In this document: piece by piece, positions 58,292 to 64,000 of the stretch
How the letters are laid out: every line of letters starts with the position of its first letter
How positions within the stretch are numbered: position 1 is the first letter of the stretch
NCBI GenBank assembly: GCA_964019425.1
Contig: OZ025788.1
Span: 496,001-560,000, forward strand
Direction of reading: 5' to 3'
DNA length: 64,000 nt
From: Flectonema sp. DT1601
Taxonomy: Eukaryota
Position numbers and translations under genes: made by a program
Notes under the pieces: generated by a model
The model's database searches: none
What the model was told of the DNA's origin: nothing
The model's input: the letters and a program-made list of their open reading frames with translations, nothing else

Positions 58292-59695
58292 ATGGCAACG
58301 TCTGCCGCAGAGATGGAGTTGCAGAACAATGTCTCATCAGCAGCAGCGAGAGAGAATTTCGATCGCTGGTGGACTGAAGACAGAGCGGCTGAAATTAATG
58401 AAAGATGGCGGATAAAAAGAAAATTTCTAGATGCTAAAGGTGATGATCCAAGTCTGGCTAGTAAATATGTCGTAATTGACGTCCTCGAGAACGTTGGTGA
58501 TCATAAGAAAGTTCCAGAGCTACTAAAGGAACAAATGGAGAAGCGAACATCATCAGAAAGTGAGACCAACAACAGCTGCAACTGGGTCAGTATTAAAGGA
58601 TGTAATTATGTGTCAACAGAGAATGTTTGCAAAGCACTATCACTACCTGAATACAGTACTGTTGATAAGGTAGTACTTGGTGATGGGATTGAGGCTGACG
58701 ATGCTAAGGACGTTGCTGAATTAATAAAAGTAAACAAATCAATAACCTCACTGGACCTCTCCAACAACAAACTGGAAACAGAAGGACTAAAAGTTTTACT
58801 TGACGCGATGACTCACAATAGTACGATCACGTCATTAGATATCTCATCCTGTTCTTTTGGTACTTCTGCAGGAAAACCTTTAGCGACATACTTAGCAGCC
58901 AACCCACCACTACAACGATTACTTCTTAATGGTAATAAGCTTGGTATTCACGGAACAGATGATTTGACCCGAGGACTTGAACACAATACAATTTTAACAA
59001 CCCTCGGATTATTTATGAATAATATTGGTGAAGATGGGGGAAATTCTTTGCTTTCATTACTCCGTTCAACTCCAGAAGAAGGGGCAGACCTGGAGCCTAA
59101 ACAAGAAGAAACAGGTGAAACAACTAAGGCAGCTACAGATAAAGGATCTGAGGTACCTGAACAAGGCACTCCAGAATCAGAAGGACAACCCGAAGTCAAA
59201 GATGAACTGCCGTCATCACCACAACCGCCATCGGAACCTACCCAAGAAGGAGGTGAGCTCAAGCCTGAGGAAACACTGCCCCCGCCAAAGCCCAGAAATT
59301 GTAAAAACAAAACACTTCTACAAATCGAATTGTCTGAAAGTAAATGTTCCAACGAACAGATTCTGGAAATCGAAACAATCTTAGAACTGAACAACTCTGA
59401 CGCCCGTCAGCGAGAGATTGACGCATTTAAACAACAAGAGCTTTCTCGAATGCAAAAGGAAGAAGACGAACGACTTGCGCAAGAGAAAGCAGCCACTGCT
59501 GCTGCTGAAGCCGATACTGCTAAGCAAAAGGATGCTAAAAAGTCGGGAAAAACAGCAGCCAAGCCTGCTGCAAAATCAGCGAAATCTGGAGGGAAAACAG
59601 CAGCTACCAAACCTTCTGGGAAGGCCGCTGCTAAGCCGGGAGGGAAAAAGTCCTCTGCTGGAAGTTCTACCCTTCCTGCGATAAATAAGAAGTAA
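58292..59695 (+). CDS. RNI-like leucine-rich repeat protein with charged low-complexity tail
   Basis: NKSITSLDLSNNKL, NSTITSLDISSC, LQRLLLNGNKLG, NTILTTLGLFMNNIG. Confidence 0.85.
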   Translation: MATSAAEMELQNNVSSAAARENFDRWWTEDRAAEINERWRIKRKFLDAKGDDPSLASKYVVIDVLENVGDHKKVPELLKEQMEKRTSSESETNNSCNWVSIKGCNYVSTENVCKALSLPEYSTVDKVVLGDGIEADDAKDVAELIKVNKSITSLDLSNNKLETEGLKVLLDAMTHNSTITSLDISSCSFGTSAGKPLATYLAANPPLQRLLLNGNKLGIHGTDDLTRGLEHNTILTTLGLFMNNIGEDGGNSLLSLLRSTPEEGADLEPKQEETGETTKAATDKGSEVPEQGTPESEGQPEVKDELPSSPQPPSEPTQEGGELKPEETLPPPKPRNCKNKTLLQIELSESKCSNEQILEIETILELNNSDARQREIDAFKQQELSRMQKEEDERLAQEKAATAAAEADTAKQKDAKKSGKTAAKPAAKSAKSGGKTAATKPSGKAAAKPGGKKSSAGSSTLPAINKK

Positions 59696-59890
59696 AATAA
59701 AATTGTTTCTTATATCTCCTAAGGAGTTATGTACCATCACATTTATGAGTTGCGCTGTTGTCTTTTGTCATTTTTAGAAAAAGAAAATCTGTTTTTTCAA
59801 AACCTTCGAAACCAATCATTTACACAACAAGAGTTTGGAAATAATAATTATGATATGAGCGTACTATTTACTATTTCTTATTTCAGGTAA

Positions 59891-61285
59891 ATGTCATCAG
59901 ATGGGACATCGTTGTTGTTGAGAGAATGGAAATTTCTCCTTCGCATTTCAATGGTTGGCTTTCTTGTAAATTGTCAACCAAGTGAACCATTTTTAACACA
60001 ATATCTGCAAGAGGTAAAACATCTAAGCAGTAGTGATATCGAAAGCTACGTGTGGCCGTGGGACACTTATGGATCGTTTGGATTCTTAATACCTGTAGCG
60101 ATTATGTCTGAATCAAGAATTGGATACAAAGGAGTAATTCTTATCGGATTAATATGTCGTTTAGCAACCCGACTTATATTATTATTTGGTAACTCTTTGG
60201 AATTAATGAGCTTCATGCAAGTTACGTATGCAATGGCAACCAGTACAAACACTATTTACTTTGCTTATGCTTTTATATCATGTAGATCTGAACTACATAC
60301 TATAACTATATCATCTGTGTATTACATGTATCATTTTGGTAATGTAATTGGTTCTTTGTTAGGACAAACACTCGTTTCGTATTTCAATTGTGAATTGAAA
60401 ACTCTTTTTTATGTCAGCTTGGTATTTACATCAGTGGGAGTAGTGTGGTTTTTGTTACTGCTACCTGGTCCAATAAGTGATCAAAATCAACACAGTTTAG
60501 TAGAAGTAGTTCGATCAGAAGGGTTTTCCTCTGCAATGAGATGTATAAATAAATTATACAAATCTAAACTAGTCAGACTGTGGACAATTTGGTGGATTTG
60601 CTGCTTTGCAGCAAGCAATATTGTATCAAACTACTACCAGAACCAGTTGTATGAAATTGACTCAAATGGGAAGTTCGGATATGGTGAAGCTGGTGTTGAG
60701 ACCGGGGTTTGTATTGGTGCCGCACTAGTTCCGTTTTTATCATTCTTCTTTACGAAAGTACCATCACAACAAGACCAGTCAAGTTCCATGTCATGGAGTT
60801 TTGGTTGGTCTTATGCAGTGATAGTCGTTGGAACTGCAGTTGCGTCTTCAGTACTAATGTGGTCGACAACTGTTAAACATGACATGTGGAAAAGTATTGT
60901 GCTAAACTCAATAGCAATGGGAATAATATCATTTCAGAAAACCTGCGGTTCTTCATGTATTGCAATGTGTCTATCAAGGCTTCAAAAAGGAACAGCATCA
61001 CCGGAGAGTGAATCTCCTCGATATTCAATTGTGTTTTCTGTTAATTCGTTCATCGCACTCGGATTAGCAACGATCACAATGAAATCACTATCATATCATA
61101 AAGCTTCAACTACTGCTTATTATAGAACTTGTTTCTTTGCTTTAATTGCATTGATTTGTTTTAGTAGTTTGTGGTATTGGTGTTCAAAGTCCACTCCTGA
61201 CGATGACGATGAATTTTCGATCCTTCAAGAAGACGAGAGTAACACTAAAAACGACGACGTTCATGCTAATGCCAGCGTCAATTAA
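59891..61285 (+). CDS. Reduced folate carrier / thiamine transporter family (SLC19)
   Basis: GFLVNCQPSEPFLTQYL, VWPWDTY, YKGVIL, SLLGQTLVS, NYYQ, RYSIVFSVNSFIAL. About 11-12 TM helices. Confidence 0.87.
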   Translation: MSSDGTSLLLREWKFLLRISMVGFLVNCQPSEPFLTQYLQEVKHLSSSDIESYVWPWDTYGSFGFLIPVAIMSESRIGYKGVILIGLICRLATRLILLFGNSLELMSFMQVTYAMATSTNTIYFAYAFISCRSELHTITISSVYYMYHFGNVIGSLLGQTLVSYFNCELKTLFYVSLVFTSVGVVWFLLLLPGPISDQNQHSLVEVVRSEGFSSAMRCINKLYKSKLVRLWTIWWICCFAASNIVSNYYQNQLYEIDSNGKFGYGEAGVETGVCIGAALVPFLSFFFTKVPSQQDQSSSMSWSFGWSYAVIVVGTAVASSVLMWSTTVKHDMWKSIVLNSIAMGIISFQKTCGSSCIAMCLSRLQKGTASPESESPRYSIVFSVNSFIALGLATITMKSLSYHKASTTAYYRTCFFALIALICFSSLWYWCSKSTPDDDDEFSILQEDESNTKNDDVHANASVN

Positions 61286-61463
61286 AAACTTACTTTTTTT
61301 AAAAGTTCATACCGAACTAACTATCCATGGGAGATTCTTTTTTATTCTTAAAATATTTACATTTTACATCACAGGAAACAACAACGTCGGATTGAAGACA
61401 AGAGAGAGTAGAATTTGACTACAAAGTCTCTTAAGAAAGTGATTAATTTATATAAATTAGGTT

Positions 61464-62093
61464 ATGTCACACTCACATGGTGACGGGGAATCATGTCAAT
61501 GCGTTGCAAGAGCTGCTCCTATTCAGCAATCAATCGATGAAATGGATTGGGATCGCGGCATTTGGTGCGCTGTCGTTGAAGGAAGCGTCCACAAAGTTAA
61601 ACAATTTATAAGCGACAATCACAGTTGCATTGAACAGAAAGACACAGCTGGATACACAGCATTACAATACGCGGTGAGTAACAATTATTATGAGATTGTT
61701 AAGGTACTACTCACACTCGGTGCCTCTGTGAATACAAAAACCAACACGGGAAGAACTCCTTTACACAAGGGAGCTGTTAAAGGAAATATTGAAATAATAA
61801 AAATGTTACTTGAAAGGGGTGCTGACCCCCGACTAGTAGACAACGAGGGACGTCTTCCAATTCATGAAGTAACTGATGAACGATGTCTGAAATTACTATC
61901 GGATGCTGGGCCTCCTGTTGACACTTTGATATGTCCGCCACAGGAAGTAGAAGTAGTAAGTAGGGTAGTAAATAATTGCTCAGAATCCCATCACAATGAA
62001 ATTACCCCTCACAACCCTCCTGTTGTCGCTCCTACAGTGGCAGCAACTGGAAGTAGTTTTGTCGGAAACGTATTTTCCTTAAAGAAAAGATGA
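61464..62093 (+). CDS. ANKRD39: Ankyrin repeat protein ANKRD39-like
   Basis: N-terminal QQSIDEMDWDRGIWCA typical of ANKRD39. Ankyrin repeats DTAGYTALQYA, GRTPLHKGA, DNEGRLPIH. Confidence 0.78.
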   Translation: MSHSHGDGESCQCVARAAPIQQSIDEMDWDRGIWCAVVEGSVHKVKQFISDNHSCIEQKDTAGYTALQYAVSNNYYEIVKVLLTLGASVNTKTNTGRTPLHKGAVKGNIEIIKMLLERGADPRLVDNEGRLPIHEVTDERCLKLLSDAGPPVDTLICPPQEVEVVSRVVNNCSESHHNEITPHNPPVVAPTVAATGSSFVGNVFSLKKR

Positions 62094-62249
62094 GCTGAGT
62101 TGATTCCCTTTATTATGAATTAGTAACATTCGGAGATCTCAAAAGACCGCCGACAGTTGAGATCTTAAACTCCGCTGTGATTGCTTTGATTAATTAGTTT
62201 GTAAAATAGTAAACTTTTAATACATTTCACAGATCACATAATAAAGTAA

Positions 62250-63335
62250 ATGAGCTTTACAACGAAGTATTCAAAGGCTGATGCATACGCCAAGGCGAAG
62301 AAGGACTGGATACGTAATGTTGAACAGCTATCAGAGTTAACTACAATGACAACTGATGATGAAGGTGGTGTTGTTCTTACGATAGGAGATAGAAGTGATT
62401 CTAAGGGAGCGAGTTTCCTGAGGGAACCAGTTTGGGACACGAGAATGAGCGAGAAGACACTATACGATGTGCAGATGCTGATGGGAAAAAGTGATTTAAT
62501 GAAATCTGCTCCGGAAAAAAGTCCTGAAAAAAAGTCAACAAATACAAAACCTGCTGAAGGAGCAGGACCAGACATGACAAAAGTCTCAGGACTCGCTGTA
62601 TTAAATTCAGCGAAGTTCATTCTAAACATTGATGCTTCACAGAGCGAGTTGGCCGATGGAATGGGAGCATACGACTTCTCAAGAGGTAAGCAAAGAGTCA
62701 CTTTTAAAAATGGAAGAGGACTTATAGCAAACAAACTAGTAGTCCGTAATCACAAAACACAAGAACAAATAATTGAAACAACAAGAGAAATTTTAATGGT
62801 ACAGAAGAAGAAGAACACAGACAGCGCAACTACTTCACGAGTGCGACGGGAACCAACTTATGAAGAGATTGAGAACTTTAATTTCTCAGATTTTAAAGTA
62901 GCAGGTTGTAAGAGTCAAGAAGAGGTACTAATCTCTGATCTGAAAGGAAACTCAACGATAGCATTATGCAATATGTTTAATGGGTTTGTACACCATCCTT
63001 ATCATATTGGTCTCGGTGATCATATCAATGCAGCTCAAGTAGTTGACATATCACGTCAGGCATGCAACGTTTTCCTTAACAGCAAATCATCTCAACCACC
63101 GGAAGAGTTCATTTTCGTTTCTTTTGAAATAAATTTCGTCTCATTCAACGAGCTAAGCGTTCCGATGGATGTGACGCTTTCGGAACACACAACAAAAACA
63201 GATTCAAAAAATAGAATTCTTCATTATTTTGATGTTGTTGTCCGTCAGGAACCTCGACTTTGCTCAACTATGAAGTGTTGTCTAATGCCTTTGAGAAATC
63301 TTCTTAGCGGTGGATCGCCTGTTGCGAAATTATAA
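62250..63335 (+). CDS. AfsA/A-factor-biosynthesis-like hotdog-fold protein with C-terminal PTS1 (-AKL)
   Basis: EEVLISD...HHPYH..GDHINAAQVVDISRQ...FIFVSFEINFVSFNELSVP parallels AfsA hotdog (EVLLTD...HP.F..DHVPG.LLLEAARQ...F..F.EL..P). Ends SPVAKL*. Confidence 0.7.
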   Translation: MSFTTKYSKADAYAKAKKDWIRNVEQLSELTTMTTDDEGGVVLTIGDRSDSKGASFLREPVWDTRMSEKTLYDVQMLMGKSDLMKSAPEKSPEKKSTNTKPAEGAGPDMTKVSGLAVLNSAKFILNIDASQSELADGMGAYDFSRGKQRVTFKNGRGLIANKLVVRNHKTQEQIIETTREILMVQKKKNTDSATTSRVRREPTYEEIENFNFSDFKVAGCKSQEEVLISDLKGNSTIALCNMFNGFVHHPYHIGLGDHINAAQVVDISRQACNVFLNSKSSQPPEEFIFVSFEINFVSFNELSVPMDVTLSEHTTKTDSKNRILHYFDVVVRQEPRLCSTMKCCLMPLRNLLSGGSPVAKL

Positions 63336-64000
63336 AACATTCCTTCTGACTCTGTCAATATTTTAATTGGCGTACAAAATTTAAAATTTTCCTATCTAAC
63401 TCTTTGTATTTAATTAGTCTGCTGATTGAATTGGGGATTGATCTCTCACCCGAAGCGTTAGTTAGCTGTGTTCGTATTTGTGTGTTTTTTTAATCATCCT
63501 TAATCACCGAATATATAATTATTTTGTTCTTTTCTCAATCTCGGTTATTTCGAGTAGGGAAACCACCTCTCGATAGGGTTGAGGACACCTTTATAGATGC
63601 TTTTCCTTTTTGTTTATCTCTGTACCCGATTTGCTAAAAATATTGGCACTATGAAGCTTACCCGAAGCTCCATAGCTTTATTGCTATTTCTTTTTTCTAG
63701 TCATAAAAACCAAACATAAAGCCAAGGTGCAAAACCATTTTAGTAGGTTACCTTCTGAGATGCATAAGGTTTTTTTTTTTCTTTTCTTTTTCTTAAGGAT
63801 CTACCTTCCAGCCAGCTGATGATGTCTTTGATAAAAACCTTTATAGTCTCTTATTTCTGATGACATCTGGAGGCAAGAAAACGATTCTACTGGTCTAGAG
63901 ACATACATGCTTTGCAGTGTTCCAATGGGTTTATCGGGCCAAGACTAGCTTCGGCGAGTGGCTTCAATCAAATTCATATCCAATAGGGATTGTGTGTGCA

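Noticed and set aside
63803..63872. C/D box snoRNA or hammerhead candidate (TGATGA...CTGA with flanking stem)
   Set aside because: The C-to-D distance is only ~45 nt, no rRNA-complementary guide was recognised, and there is no correctly placed GAAA core.
1..64000. Bacterial origin, prophage or defence island
   Set aside because: Spliceosomal introns, eukaryote-specific genes and 18S sequence; no operons or phage genes. No tRNA was recognised either.

Overview
Eukaryotic, AT-rich nuclear DNA, most likely a euglenozoan and probably a diplonemid. This is inferred from an embedded 18S V9 fragment with euglenozoan-type flanks, from all ~21 protein genes lying on the + strand like a polycistronic cluster, and from short GT-AG cis-introns. 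Genes in order: Cdc15/MAP3K-like kinase (5'-partial), pirin-like protein without metal ligands, small membrane protein, RJL GTPase, NPSN-like SNARE, TRAF-like E3, sideroflexin, DUF2817/M14-like peptidase, Miro, multidomain PSP1-C protein, secreted CE1/LpqC-type esterase, IQ protein, basic protein, kinesin, AHI1/jouberin, 2091-aa WWE plus repeat protein, P5A-ATPase, LRR protein, SLC19 carrier, ANKRD39 and an AfsA-like hotdog protein ending in a PTS1 (-AKL). Nine introns were inferred by hand; eight are well supported and join ORFs that the track shows split. Intergenic DNA holds a dispersed 18S 3'-end fragment, a MULE-like TIR element with a SWIM relic, a probable decayed Penelope-type RT, small inverted-repeat elements and repeated hairpins. 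The most notable items are the peroxisome-signalled AfsA-like enzyme and the A/C-rich cis-acceptors that contrast with pyrimidine-rich putative trans-splice acceptors. All family calls come from motif recognition by eye; no database searches were run.
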